From the NCBI GenBank assembly GCA_951406725.2, contig OX597830.1, positions 16,244,001 through 16,308,000 on the forward strand: a stretch of DNA of 64,000 nucleotides. Direction: 5' to 3'. Under the pieces are notes generated by a model. The model was not told where the DNA came from. It saw only the letters and a program-made list of their open reading frames with translations, and did no database searches. This document shows positions 12,720-25,527 of the stretch, one piece after another. Numbering within the stretch: the stretch's first letter is position 1; each line of letters starts with the position of its first letter. The position numbers were made by a program, and so were the translations under genes. Origin of the DNA: Octopus vulgaris (Eukaryota).

Positions 12720-13047
12720 CTTTTATCATTTAACTTGCTTCAGTCGTTGAATTGTGGCCATGCTGGGGCACCTCCTTGAAGAATCTTAATCGAATGAACC
12801 AATCTCAGTACTCATTTACTCTTTTACTTGTTTCAGGCATTTGGCTGTGGCCATGCTGGAGCACCACCTTTAGTCAAGCAAATCGACCCCAGGACTTATT
12901 CTTTGTAAGCATAGTACTTATTCTATTGGTGTCTTTTGTTGAACTGCTAAGTTACAGGCACATAAACACACCAACACCAGTTGTTAAGCAGTGGTGAACA
13001 ACAAGCACAGACACAGACACACACTCATATATATATATATATATATA
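12720..13047 (-). mobile_element. SINE family A 3' half (with an extra tail fragment), ending at the (TA)n where the LINE begins
   Basis: ttttacttgtttcag...ggccatgctggagcaccacc...gacttattctttgtaagc...gctaagttac...(CA)n(TA)n. Confidence 0.75.
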
Positions 13048-13048
13048 T

Positions 13049-14609
13049 GATATGGAGGGAATCTATGGAGAATGGCAAAATACCAAATACATATAAAGAA
13101 GCACACATAACTCCAATACATAAAGGGGACAACAAATCAAAACCAAAGAACTACCGACCAATCTCACTGACATCACACATTATCAAGGTCTTTGAAAGAA
13201 TAGTTCGTGGAAAACTGGTTGAGTTCCTGGAATCCAACAATCTGATGAATTGCAACCAGCATGGATTCAGGTTAGGTAGATCATGTCTTTCCCAACTACT
13301 GGCACACCATGCCCAAATCCTAGAAAATCTAGAAAATGGATACAACACAGATGTTATTTACCTCGACTTTGCCAAGGCATTTGACAAGGTAGATCATGGC
13401 ATCCTGGGTCACAAACTTCGAAAGCTAGGAGTAGGAGGAAAAGTTGGTACATGGATACATGAGTTCCTTACAAATAGAACTCAAACAGTCATTGTGAATG
13501 GAACCCATTCAACACCATCACCTGTGACCAACAGTGTTCCCCAGGGTACAGTACTCGGCCCAATCCTGTTTCTCATCCTCATCTCTGACATAGATGAAGA
13601 TACAACCAGCAACGTCTCATCCTTTGCTGATGACACCAGGGTCATGAGACAAATCAAAGATGAGGTGGATACAGAGGCCTTACAAAAGGACCTGACCATA
13701 AATGGCAGGAAACAAACAATATGTTGTTCAATGATAAGAAGTTTGAACTAATTCGCTATGGAACAGATCAAGATCTGAAAAATACAACAAACTACAGAAA
13801 CCCATTAGGACAACAAATAATGGAAAAACAGTGTGTGAAAGATTTAGGCATCCACATGGGAACCAGCCTAAAATTCAGAGAACACCTTGACTCAGTCTGT
13901 CTTACTGCAAGAAAGTACAGCGGGTGGATCTTGCGCACCTTCAAATCAAGAGATACCTCAACAATGAAAACCCTCTGGAACAGTATGATACTTTCGAGGA
14001 TTGACTACTGTTCTCAGTTGTGGTCACCAACAACAAAGGGCCAACTATCTAAGATGGAATCACTCCAAAGAAATTTTACCTCATACTTCTCAGAAACGAG
14101 GGACCTGGACTATTGGCAAAGACTCAAAACCTTGAAGATGTACTCAATAGAAAGAAGATTTGAGCGATACCGAATTATATACATTTGGAAAATGATAGAG
14201 CAAAAGGTGCCAAACTTTGGTATCAAAACCTACCACTCACTGCGCCACGGACGACGCTGCCAGCTACCACCAATCAACAAAAAGGCTGGCCAGGCAGCAA
14301 AAACCTGCGAGAGTCAAGTCTGTTGGTTCAAGGAGCACAACTATTCAACTCCATTCCAGTACATGTCAGAAATCTATCAGGATGCAGTATGGAATCATTC
14401 AAATTGCAGCTGGATAGATACTTAAGCACCATTAGAGATGAACCCCATCTCCCAGGATATACACAACGAGCACAAACTGACTCAAACTCGCTCCTACACA
14501 TGTCAAAATTAAACAGAGAATACAACCTGGCAACCACACCAGACTCTGAGGGTGGAGTCTTCGACTTGGCCTGAGCATGGACTCAAACTCAAATGAAATG
14601 AAATGAAAT
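13049..14609 (+). mobile_element. 5'-truncated non-LTR retrotransposon (CR1/L2-group LINE), RT and C-terminal region, frameshifted
   Basis: ORF 12981-13751 has NYRPISLTS, NQHGFR.GRSC, YLDFAKAFDKVDH, SVPQGTVLGPILF and FADD. It continues in the frame of ORF 13721-14425 (FNDKKF, KDLGI, RIDYCSQLWSP) and ORF 14185-14574. Ends in an (AAACTC)(AAATG)n tail; flanked by (TA)n on both sides. Confidence 0.92.
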
Positions 14610-15005
14610 ATATATATATATACATATATAATATAAAATGGGACAAGAATGCAAAATATCCGGACAGTTAGGTGATACAAAAATGGGACAACAAAACATC
14701 TAGATAGACAATACAAAGAAAACAAGGACGGGTCATTCAAATTTTTCTTTCCTCAGTCGAGTACCAGATTATCTTTGCAATTTCGGCTGATTTTTACTCG
14801 AGATTGCTCATGTTTGAAAACCTTAGTAAAAAAATTACTTAATACAGTTTTTAAGCATAAAGAGGATTTTTTTTAAAAATGAATTTTTTAAAAACTTATA
14901 AAATCTATTATCAGGATGTTACTAACCGTTTTTGGAAGAAGTTTCTTTTCCTAGTTTGTGAGCACTTTTGATTAACCTTTTCAAATACACATGCTCATAA
15001 TTTTA

Positions 15006-15039
15006 GGGGTTAACAGTTCAATGTTATGAAATGATGAAA

Positions 15040-15082
<43 letters not shown>

Positions 15083-15115
15083 TTCATCATTTCATAATGC
15101 TGAACTGTTAACCCC
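15006..15115. repeat. Inverted repeat (~36-bp arms) around a (TA)n tract
   Basis: GGGGTTAACAGTTCAATGTTATGAAATGATGAAATG ... CATTTCATCATTTCATAATGCTGAACTGTTAACCCC. Confidence 0.85.
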
Positions 15116-15301
15116 AACACATTCTCTCTCTTTCGGTTTTTTTGTTTTCTCCCCATTTTTTTATCTTCTCAATCCATTCTATCGAAGAACATAGGTTCAA
15201 ACATTAAAGACTTTTCCATTCTACCCAAGCGTCAAACTAATACATTTGTTTGTTGTTCTCCCACGTGCCTTCATCTTTTGTTTTTTGTAAATCTGAACTA
15301 A
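15080..15301 (+). mobile_element. Penelope-like element terminal (pLTR) relic
   Basis: TA-flanked. Decayed core atcgaagaacataggttcaaacatt followed by cccaagcgtcaaactaatac...cccacgtgcct...aacta(TA)n, collinear with the reverse complement of 46428-46560. Confidence 0.5.
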
Positions 15302-15337
<36 letters not shown>

Positions 15338-15689
15338 TGTATAATCAATTGAGAATATGTTTCACTGAAGAAGTATAATAAGACTGAAACATGTCCGTTT
15401 CTTTCATTAGTTGGCTTAAAAAAAAAGAACCGGACCCACGCCAATCTATATTGTCTATATTGTCCAAAGATTTCAGGTAGCTGATGTTATTGGAGTTACA
15501 CCCCTTGGTTATTGTTGGCATATTTTAAAGAACACCCAAAACGAGGTTTTGTCTACTCGTGGCAAGGAATAATCCCAGCTGATCGAAGTTTTTCAACTCA
15601 TGATATTACATATGCGAGATCCTAGCAAAGAGAAATGTTACCATGGCAATATGAGTTGGTTTCACTACTTATTCACTCTTCTTCTCCCC

Positions 15690-15732
<43 letters not shown>

Positions 15733-16049
15733 CTTTTCTTCATTTCTTTCCGTTTGTTGCTTCGCGTCTTCGCTTCTTTCTTTTCTTTCGTCGTTTCTTC
15801 TTACTTGTTATCAAAGACTTAGGTAAAGAAGTAGATAAATCCACTGCTCGAAGGTTCTGAGGGCAGAACGGAAGCTGATCTGAACTTATTGATTCTTAAT
15901 GCCATGTTAAATGAATCAGATGATGTAGCCAGTTGATAGATGAGTATCAGATGATGGTAGAGTTTGAGAGCAGAGCAAGACGAAGATAAAGCAAGCGAGA
16001 GATGTCAAAGTGATGCAAGTTGCTACGTATTAACAAAGATCACTTATAT

Positions 16050-16259
16050 ACACTCACATATCCGCACAAATATATATATATACGTAACATAATGCATACG
16101 TACGTAAGTTCGTACATACATAGATAACATACATACATACATACATATATAACATACATACGTGCGTGCGTACGTACATACATAGATGACATACATACAT
16201 ACAAACATGCATACATACACACATACATACATACATACATACATACATACATACATACA

Positions 16260-16293
<34 letters not shown>

Positions 16294-17100
16294 CATACAT
16301 AAATACATACATACATGCATGCATGCATGCATACATACATACATACATAAATACAAAACATACATAGAGCGTAAGTACATACATACATGACATACATACA
16401 TACATTCATACATACGTACGTATGTACATACATATATACATATATACATAACACAAATATACATAAGTACGTATGCACATATATACATATTTACATACGT
16501 ACGTGCATACCTACGCATACAAACCATACACATGTACGTACATACATACATACATACATACATACATACATACATACACAGATACATAAATACATACATA
16601 CAGGCATACACACACACATATCCACACACACAAATATATACACACACAAACAGGCATACATACATGCATACATACACACACATACATAGATATATGCATA
16701 CACACACATACGCACACAGACACACACACACACACACACACACACGAAGTGTAAAAATCTGTACAACTTTCCAGAAGTTTAGCATTTAAATATATATGTG
16801 AGCATGTCTAGATATGCAACTATATGCATGAGAATACATACATACATAAGGCAAAACATACAAATATGTACACAAATACACACAAACAAAAATACAATGT
16901 TGTTGATGTTGAAATTCCAATGAAGGAGCCTTGAATCTAGGTTAGAAACCGGTTCTTTCTCTATCAGCAAGAAATCTTGAATTGAAACTGAACAACGACA
17001 TACACACACACACACACACATACATACATACATACATACATACATACACACATACATACATACATACATACATACATACATACATACATTCATACATATA
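16050..17100. repeat. (CATA)n/(CA)n microsatellite field (also 18040-18637, 26283-26620, 28875-29385, 30353-30880, 34486-34702)
   Basis: Directly visible tandem tetra- and dinucleotide tracts; source of the MYVC/HTYI ORFs. Confidence 0.95.
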
Positions 17101-17275
17101 GGCGCAGGAGTGGCTGCGTGGTAAGTAGCTTGCTTACCAACCACATGGTTCCGTGTTCATTCCCACTGCGTGACACCTTGGTTGAGTGCCTTCCACTATA
17201 GCCTCGGGCCGACCAAAGCCTTGTGAGTGGATTTGGTAGACGGAAACTGAAAGAAGCCCGTCGTATATATGTATG

Positions 17276-17358
<83 letters not shown>

Positions 17359-17578
17359 TTATGTGTTTGCATTTGTCCTCCAACATCGCTTGACAACCGA
17401 TGCTGGTATGTTTACGTCCCCGTAACTTAGCGGTTCGGCAAAACAGACCGATAGAATAAGTACTATGCTTACAAAGAATAAGTCGTGGGGTCGATTTGGT
17501 CGGCTAAAGGTGGTGCTCCAGCATGGCCACAGTCAAATGACTGAAACAAGTAAAAGAGTAGAAAAGAGAGTAAAGAGT
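17101..17578 (+). mobile_element. SINE family A, full length
   Basis: GGCGCAGGAGTGG head, internal (TA)(TG)n, tail ...ACTGAAACAAGTAAAAGAGTAGAAAAGAG. Confidence 0.92.
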
Positions 17579-18886
17579 ATATACCACCCTGGCCATATCT
17601 CAGCCTACCGGCATTTACATGCGGCATATCCTTTCAATATATGTGCTTGGTAATGTTTATTGCACTATATCAGCTTCTATATCATATTTGCATTTCTTAT
17701 ATATGCATTTTCCGGGCATATTCACACACTGTTTGCACGCTATAAGCATATAACTCGTGGATTGGCGATATGATTCATCTCCGATCGCGTTCGGGTCAGT
17801 GATGTTGATATCCCACAAAAATGGCGAAGCGTCGATGTCCATCACTCTTAGATGGGATTAGAAGAGAGTCATCTCGCCTTCCATAACTTTCAGGTGTTGT
17901 AACACCCTGCACTTTGAGAGAGTACTCTCCGTCTCTCCAAATCGCAGATGACCGACAAATACACGAAGCGTATACGTTAAGCTTATGTGGTTGATGATGT
18001 TTACTACACTAGCGCAGCCTCTATTTCATATTTGAATATACATGCATGCATACATACATACATACACATACATACATACATACATACATACATACATACA
18101 TACATACATACATACATACAAACATACATACATACATACGTACACACATATGTGTGTGTGCGCCCGCGTGCATGTACGTATGCATGTATGTATGTATGTA
18201 TGTATGTATGTATGTATGTATGCATGTATGTATGTATGTATGTATGTGTGTGTGTATGTATGTATGTGTGTGTGTATGTATGCATGCATGCATGTATGTA
18301 TGTATGTATGTATGTATGTATGTATGTATGTATGTATGTATGCATATATGTATGTATGTATGTATGTATGCATGTATGTATGCATATATGTATGTATGTA
18401 TGCATGTATGTATGTATGTATGTATGTATGTATGTATGTATGCATGTATGTATGTATGTATGCATGTATGTATGTATGTATGTGTGTATGTATGCATGTA
18501 TATATGTATGTATATATGTATGTATATATGTATGTATATATGTATGTATGTATGCATATATGCATGTATGTATGTATGTATGTATGTATGCATGTATGTA
18601 TGTATGTATGCATGTATGCATGCATGTATGTATGTATCAAAAACTCTATTATCTAGTATGTTCTTCCATTTCAAAGATTGCAGAATGTGATTTTGAATGA
18701 TTTCCTCGTCACTAAGTCGATCAGCCCTGCAGAAGCTTTCTTGTTCGCTCATTTTGCTAGCTTTGTAGCATAAAGCTGATGATAGATAAATCTCTTCTGA
18801 AACAGAATAGCGATTGTCAAGGGAACAATGGCGGAACCTCTACGTGGTCTTTCCACATGCAAGGAATAGCACTCAATTTTCTTTAA

Positions 18887-19107
18887 CCCTTTCGTTACCA
18901 ACCTGACTTAAACCGCCTCTGGCTCTGCAGTACAAATGTGTTGTTTTCATAAGTTTTGAATTAAAATCTTCTACCAAACCTTACTCACAATTTATGTTCC
19001 TATCACTAGTTTAATGATAACTAAGTTATTCTACTAAATTCTTTGTTATATCTAAAATAATTGAGAGAAAAACAGAACATCTCAAAATAAATACAGTAAC
19101 GAAAGGG
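18887..19107. mobile_element. piggyBac-type MITE
   Basis: TTAA|CCCTTTCGTTAC ... GTAACGAAAGGG|TTAA: perfect 12-bp TIR and TTAA TSD. Confidence 0.9.
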
Positions 19108-19160
19108 TTAAAATCCGACCCCCACTGTCTTAAAAAGATTATCTAAGACATCATTAGATA

Positions 19161-19543
19161 TAGAAGCACTCCGTCGGTTACGACGATGAGGGTCCCAGCT
19201 GATACGATCAACGGAACAGCTTGCTCGTGGAATTAACGTGCAAGTGGCTGAGAATTCCACAGACACGTGTACCCTTAACGTAGTTCTCGAAGAGATTCAG
19301 CGTGACACAGAGTGTGACAAGGCTGGCCCTTTGAAATACAGGTACAACAGAAACAGGAAGAAAGAGTGAGAGAAAGTTGTGGTGAAAGAGTACAGCAGGG
19401 TTCACTACCACCCCCTGCAGGAGCCTTGTGAAGCTTTAGGTGTTTTCGCTCAATAAACACTCACAATGCCCGGTCTGGGAATCGAAACCGCGATCCTACG
19501 ACCGCGAGTCCGCTGCCCTAACCACTGGGCCATTGCGCCTCCA
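19161..19543 (-). mobile_element. SINE family B (tRNA-Arg-like head; may correspond to octopus OR-type SINEs), full length
   Basis: Head GGAGGCGCAATGGCCCAGTGGTTAGGGCAGCGGACTCGCGGTC...GGTTTCGATTCCC. 13-bp TSD ACATCATTAGATA at 19148-19160 and 19544-19556. Confidence 0.92.
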
Positions 19544-19682
19544 ACATCATTAGATAACTAATTTCTGAAAATGAAGTTGCGATCTTTGTGCGTTAAATGA
19601 GTTATCAGTTTGTGCAAATGTATACTATATACTGTCTTAAGTTTAGAATCTTAAGGGGGTAAGTGTTAGTAATATAATTACT

Positions 19683-20280
19683 GGCGAATGGTGGTGAGCT
19701 AACAAAACCGTTAGAACGCCCTGCAAAATGCTTAGCAGTATTTTTTCCGTCGTTACGTTCAGAGTTGAAGTTCCACAAAGGTTGACTTTGCCTTTCATCC
19801 TTTCGGTGGGGTCGAAATAAAATAAGTACTAGTTGAGTACTGGTGTCGATGTAATCGATTTTGCCCCGAAATTGCTGACCATGTGCCAAAATTTGAAGCC
19901 TTAATTACTGGTGAATGCGGCGAGTTGGCAGAATCGTTATCATGTCGGACGAAATGCTTAGCGGTATTTCGTCTGCCGCTACGTTCTGAGTTCAAATTCC
20001 GCCAAGGTCGACTTCGTCTTTCATCCTTTCGGGGTCGATTAAATAAGTACCAGTTACGCACTGGGGTCGATGAATCGACTTAATGTTTAGCCCCTTGTGG
20101 GCAGTAAAGAAATAGGTATTTCATCCGTCTTTACGTTCTGAGTTCAGATTCCGCCGAGGTAGACTTCGCCTTTTATCCTTTCGGGATCTATAAAATGAGT
20201 ACCAGCTGAATACTGGAGTCGATGTAATCGACTTATACCCTTCCCCAAAATTGCTGGCCTTGTGCCAAAATTTGAAGCCA
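19683..20280 (+). mobile_element. Cluster of family-C SINEs (tandem or nested)
   Basis: Three passes of ...acgttctgagttcaaattccgccgaggtcgactttgcctttcatcctttcggggtcga...ctggggtcgatgtaatcgac variants. Confidence 0.85.
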
Positions 20281-20904
20281 AAATAATTACGGGTGGATTA
20301 GATGGTGATTGGTTGTTTAATTTGGAGGAGTCAGAAAAGGCGAGGAAAGTGAGCGAAGTTAAATGCAGTAGATTGAGAAAATTAAATATTCTATCGCACT
20401 TATTTTGCGTCTTAACATACATGAAATACTTGCTTCGGAGATAATTTACTGCTTGATCAAACGGAGGATTATACCAATTATTATTACTTTAATTGCTTCC
20501 ATGGAATATGATTCATTGTTGTGTCTTCAATTATTTTCCGTGAAGCAGCTTTGGAAAAGAGCGTCGCAGAAACTGTAGAATCATTAAACATTTGGGTTCT
20601 TTTTCGTTTTCTTCCAACCCCAAACGTCTGTGGCTTCCGATTGACTAAAACTACCCCGAATTTGCAAACTTTGAAAACTATTAACTTTTTGATTATTAAT
20701 TTACGGTAAAGATGAATTTCATTTCTATTATTAATATACGAAACTATATCAATCAATACACTTAATTTGAAATCATTTGGAACAGAATTAAAGGAATTGA
20801 AAAGATAAAACCAAATAGAAAAGATCCAAGATTGTTACACTTTTCTGACCCCAAACCACAACTTATTCATTTCTACTTTCACTTTCATTTTCATTAAGTT
20901 TATT

Positions 20905-21317
20905 CTTCTTTTATTCTTTTACTTGTTTCAGTCATTTGACTGCGGCCATGCTGGAGCACCACCTTTTAGTCGAGCAAATCGACCCCGGGACTTATTCTTT
21001 TGTAAGCCCAGTACTTATTCTATCGGTCTCTTTTGCCGAACCGCTAAGTGACGGGGACGTAAACACACCAGCATCGGTTGTCAAGCAATGCTAGAGGGAC
21101 AAACACAGACACACAAACATATACACACACATACATATATATATACATATATACGACGGGCTTCTTTCAGTTTCCGTCTACCAAATCAACTCACAAGGCT
21201 TTGGTCGGCCCGAGGCTATAGCAGAAGACACTTGCCCAAGATGCCACGCAGTGGGACTGAACCCGGAACCATGTGGTTGGTTAGCAAGCTACTTACCACA
21301 CAGCCACTCCTGCGCCT
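20905..21317 (-). mobile_element. SINE family A, full length
   Basis: Complete head and tail. 12-bp TSD ATTAAGTTTATT at 20893-20904 and 21318-21329. Confidence 0.93.
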
Positions 21318-22235
21318 ATTAAGTTTATTAATATCGTTGACTCTAAAATAGATATTATTCTACCAGTGTGTAAAACTACAATAAACTACAATTCCATTTA
21401 GAGTAAATGAACAATTTTTCATGTTACCATGGGTGTAAATAACTCGGCTGCAGCAAGGGATCTTAGTAGATTATATTTACTTGCGGGAGGCAGATAACGG
21501 TTCGACAAAAAGTGAACGACAGGCTAAATTCAATGCTTAACAAAGAAATAAGTACTAGGGTCAATTCATTCGACTAAAAATTCTTCAAGGTGGTGCCCCA
21601 GCATGGCCGCAGTCAAATGACTGAAACGAGTAAAAGAAAAATTTTTAATATTTTAAAGACAATAATCACACCAGAAGATAACTTAATATTACTGAGCTAT
21701 TATTCTACCAGTGAATATAGCGAATATAACAAACACAGAGAATACGATACGATTTCATTACCAGCCTGTAACTTCCTTTACCATGTGTATCTTTAGAAAT
21801 TTAGACTGACTACTCCACAACGTTAGTTATGTTGCCTCCTCTACATCACAAATTCCAGTATATTTGCATTTATACTATCAGAATTCGTCCACTCAACTCT
21901 CCATATACAATGTTCTGTCCTGGCTTTTCCCATACTTTATTTCTGTTTCTCTACGTACACTTTTATATCTTCCCAACATGAAATATATTTCTATTAATGT
22001 ATATTGCGGTTTTTCACACTTCTCATCTCTATGATTTCATTGCCATCGAAAGCTTAATTTGCACATCCTTTCCATTATTACTTTCGAACCGTTGTATTTT
22101 GCCTAATGTTGTTTTCCCACAAATCTTAGAGAATGTACTATATATTCACTTACGCTTATATAGTACATCATTATTCTATCTTTGCGTAAGAATTTGTGTC
22201 TGCATTTGTGCATCTCTCTCTCACACACACACACA

Positions 22236-22312
<77 letters not shown>

Positions 22313-22395
22313 TAAAAACGGTAAGATAACAAAAGAAAGAAAGAAAGGGACCTCAATATTATGTATATATCTGTAGACACACTCACGCATATCTA

Positions 22396-22451
<56 letters not shown>

Positions 22452-22499
22452 TATACATGTGTGTGTGTATACGTATATACCAATGTACGTATATATATA

Positions 22500-23649
22500 C
22501 AGAGGTTGGACAAAATAATGGAAACACTTAAAATTTCAAGCTAATTTATTTTAACATGGGGTAGGACCACCTTTGACAGTAATTACACCTTGAATTCTAT
22601 GAGGTATGGACTTGTACAAAATTTGAAATGTTTCTGAAGGAGTTTTTCTCCATTCTTCAGCTAAAACAGTCTGCAGTTCTTGTAGTGATGATGGTGGAGG
22701 ATATAGACTCCTTACTTGTTTTTCTAAAATGTACTATAAATGTTGAATAATATTGAGATCTGAGGACTGTAGTGGCCAGATAAGATGTTCAACTTCACTC
22801 GGATGTTCCTCGTGCCATTCAGCAACAACTTTAGCTGTGTGAGTTTGTACATTGTCATCCTAAAAGAATGCGTTTCCATCCAGTTACAGTTCCGCAGACA
22901 GGATGAATTTGATCAGATAAAAGGCTTAAATAGTCTTGACTATTAATTCTGGCATGAAAGGAAACCATTTGGCCGGTGGATTTCCAAGATATAGCCCCCA
23001 CCCCCGATCATCACAGATCTTCCTCCATGTTTAACAGTTAGAAGAAGGTAGTCTGGGTCAAATGTTTCTTTTGGCTGTCATTACACGTATACTCGGCAGG
23101 TTGTCGGAAACAAAGTAAAGGATGACTCGTCCGAGAAAATAACATTCTTCCACTGCTCTAGGGACAAATTCTGTAGGTTTTTTACTCCACTCTAAACGTT
23201 TTGCAACGTTTGTTTTTGAAAGTAGGGATTTTCTGATTGCAGCCCTCCCGTGAAATCCGGCTTTGCGCAGCTCCCGGCGAACAGTTTTTTGTGGATACTG
23301 GGTTCTCGAGGTGGTCATTTTACCCTCTTTCTCAAAGGCTGTCATTACTTTCGAGACAATACTTCTTGATACACCAAACATTTCGGCTTTTTTCGTTACG
23401 CTAGCGCCTGCCATACGAGCACCAACAACCTCTTTGAAAGCTCAATAGATTTGTTATTTTAATGAATTTTAATTACCTTTTTCTGACGATATCTGAAAAG
23501 AAACAACAATTTTAGCAAAACATATTAAACAACACTAATAATAGATGAAAAAAACCCATAAAAATAAACAAGCTTTTGACGGTTTTATAGATATTTCAAA
23601 ATTATGATGCTATGATGCTAGGTGTTTCCATTATTTTGTCCAACCCCTG
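22500..23649 (-). mobile_element. Tc1-like DNA transposon, decayed transposase
   Basis: TA|CAGAGGTTGGACAAAATAATGGAAACAC ... GTGTTTCCATTATTTTGTCCAACCCCTG|TA. ORF 23058-23414 has a Tc1 HTH region (AEMFGVSRSIVSKV, TVRRELRKAGFHGRAAIRKSLLS). Reverse strand also encodes FSDES and WPLQSSDLNIIQHL (degenerate WP.QSPDLN.IE.LW) motifs. Confidence 0.92.
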
Positions 23650-23763
23650 TATATGTATATCCATACATATGTGAGGATGTATATGTATATATATATGTAT
23701 ATATGTATTTATATATATGTGTGTGCGTGTGTGAATGTGTGTGGGCGTGTATGAATATATCTA

Positions 23764-23796
<33 letters not shown>

Positions 23797-23799
23797 CTG

Positions 23800-23851
<52 letters not shown>

Positions 23852-23861
23852 TATATATATA

Positions 23862-24505
23862 ACTATGATAGGTTTCGCCCAGTATAGGCCCAAGCCATGT
23901 CTAACTTAATAGCACCACCTGGTGAAGTCTTTTAGTCATATATGGGGTACCATGGCCCACTCTAGCAAAGAGTTATTATTATTATTGGAGACATATCCGG
24001 GTGTAGGGGGTGGGTCCAGGATTTTTTGAAGAAATTTGTCCAGGGAACTTTTGAATTTTATAGGATCCGTTTCCGTTTTTACGTATTTTGGTATGATATT
24101 AAAGAGAGCTGGACTGGTTGAGGTAAAGTAGTTGTGACGTAATGTTGTTATGTGTCCTGAGTTCGATTTTTGTAGAGGGCGGATAGCACGGGTGCCAAGT
24201 CTTGGGTGGATTTTAAAATTGATGCCTACATCATTCGAGCAATACTGATGGAATATTTTCCACGTCACACAAATGATGTGGAGCTCCCGGCGATGTTGGT
24301 CAGTGTAGAGATTGAGTTCTTTAGTCGACCCGCCAATAGTCAATGCCTGTCATGCCGTCTATCGGTTTTTGTTATTGACCTCTGGAGTGCTTCCATTTTA
24401 TAATGAGTTGATTTGTATGGGGAGACTACATTGGGCAACAGTATTCAAGGTGGGGTACCTTGTGGGACACCACTACTGACTTTGGCTAAGCTGGATCAAA
24501 CTCCC
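23862..24505 (-). mobile_element. Fragment of a second CR1/L2-group LINE, internally deleted
   Basis: Reverse strand encodes VSSGVPQGT (~24455-24481), and ORF 23936-24343 has the LINE C-terminal signature LFNIIPK...FKSSLDKFL...PGY...NSLLEW. Flanked by (TA)n. Confidence 0.8.
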
Positions 24506-24509
24506 TATG

Positions 24510-24561
<52 letters not shown>

Positions 24562-24604
24562 TGTGATATATATGTACATGCATATTATATTATATACATG
24601 TATG

Positions 24605-24654
<50 letters not shown>

Positions 24655-24678
24655 TATATATATGTATGTATATTCATA

Positions 24679-24725
<47 letters not shown>

Positions 24726-24769
24726 ATGTATATATGCATGTATATATATATATATATATATATGTATAA

Positions 24770-25298
24770 TAATAATATTAGGGAGTAAATCCAAACTTAC
24801 AGGGAAAAATTGGATTAAGGATTAAATCTAATTTCACAGTATAAATATAAATTAATTTAGAGATAAAACCACTATTAGGCAAATCAAACAGTGGTAAACA
24901 TAAACCAAAACATAAAAATAAAAATAATTAATATAATATACAAAATATATAAAATATAAAATTAAAAAATTTAAATTATTTAAATTTAAATTTAAAATTA
25001 AAGTTATTAATTTATATTTATAATTTTTTTAAATATACATAACTATCAAAAAGTATTAAATAGTAATATAAGATAAAAACACTAAGTACGTTTCATGCCC
25101 ATAAACTAATTCGAATTACAATAATTTAAATTCAATTAATAATTCGAATTATGGTTATCGTCAATCTTCAGGTTAAAGATAATAGTTAAATAAATGAGCA
25201 AATATATTTAAACAATATTTTTTAAGAAATAAATAAAATAATAATTTTTCTTATAAAAAACTCTATTATCAAACTAGAAACTTTAACGATTATGATTA
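24770..25298 (-). mobile_element. AT-rich Penelope-like terminal relic with hammerhead-like core
   Basis: Reverse strand of 25081-25178 has CTGAAGA-[long hairpin]-GAAACGTA; the segment abuts (TA)n. Confidence 0.45.
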
Positions 25299-25527
25299 TG
25301 TTGGGAGGACAAACACAAACACACAAACACATACACACACATACATATATATATACATATATACGACGGGCTTCTTTCAGTTTCCGTCTACCAAATCCAC
25401 TCACAAGGCTTTGGTCGGCTCGAGGCTATAGTAGAAGACACTTGCCCAAGGTGCCACGTAGTGGGACTGAATCCTGAACCATGTGGTCGGTAAGCAAGCC
25501 ACTTTTCACACAGCCACTCCTACGCCT
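25299..25527 (-). mobile_element. SINE family A, 5' half
   Basis: Head GGCGTAGGAGTGGCTGTGTG through the internal (TA)(TG) tract, truncated after tttgtcctcccaaca. Confidence 0.88.

Noticed and set aside
15355-15396. CTGAAGA-AGT..ACT-GAAACATGTC hammerhead-like string
   Set aside because: The cores and palindromic stem III are present, but no stem I partner follows the cleavage site, and ATGTTTCA/TGAAACAT forms a competing hairpin. At best a relic.
16040-18752. Long [12 protein letters not shown] ORFs here and throughout the window
   Set aside because: These are translations of (CATA)n, (TA)n and (CA)n microsatellites.
19470-19543. tRNA genes at SINE heads (A/B boxes, TCG anticodon-like loop)
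   Set aside because: The heads continue into repeat bodies with TSDs, and no proper acceptor stem was found, so these are tRNA-derived SINEs.
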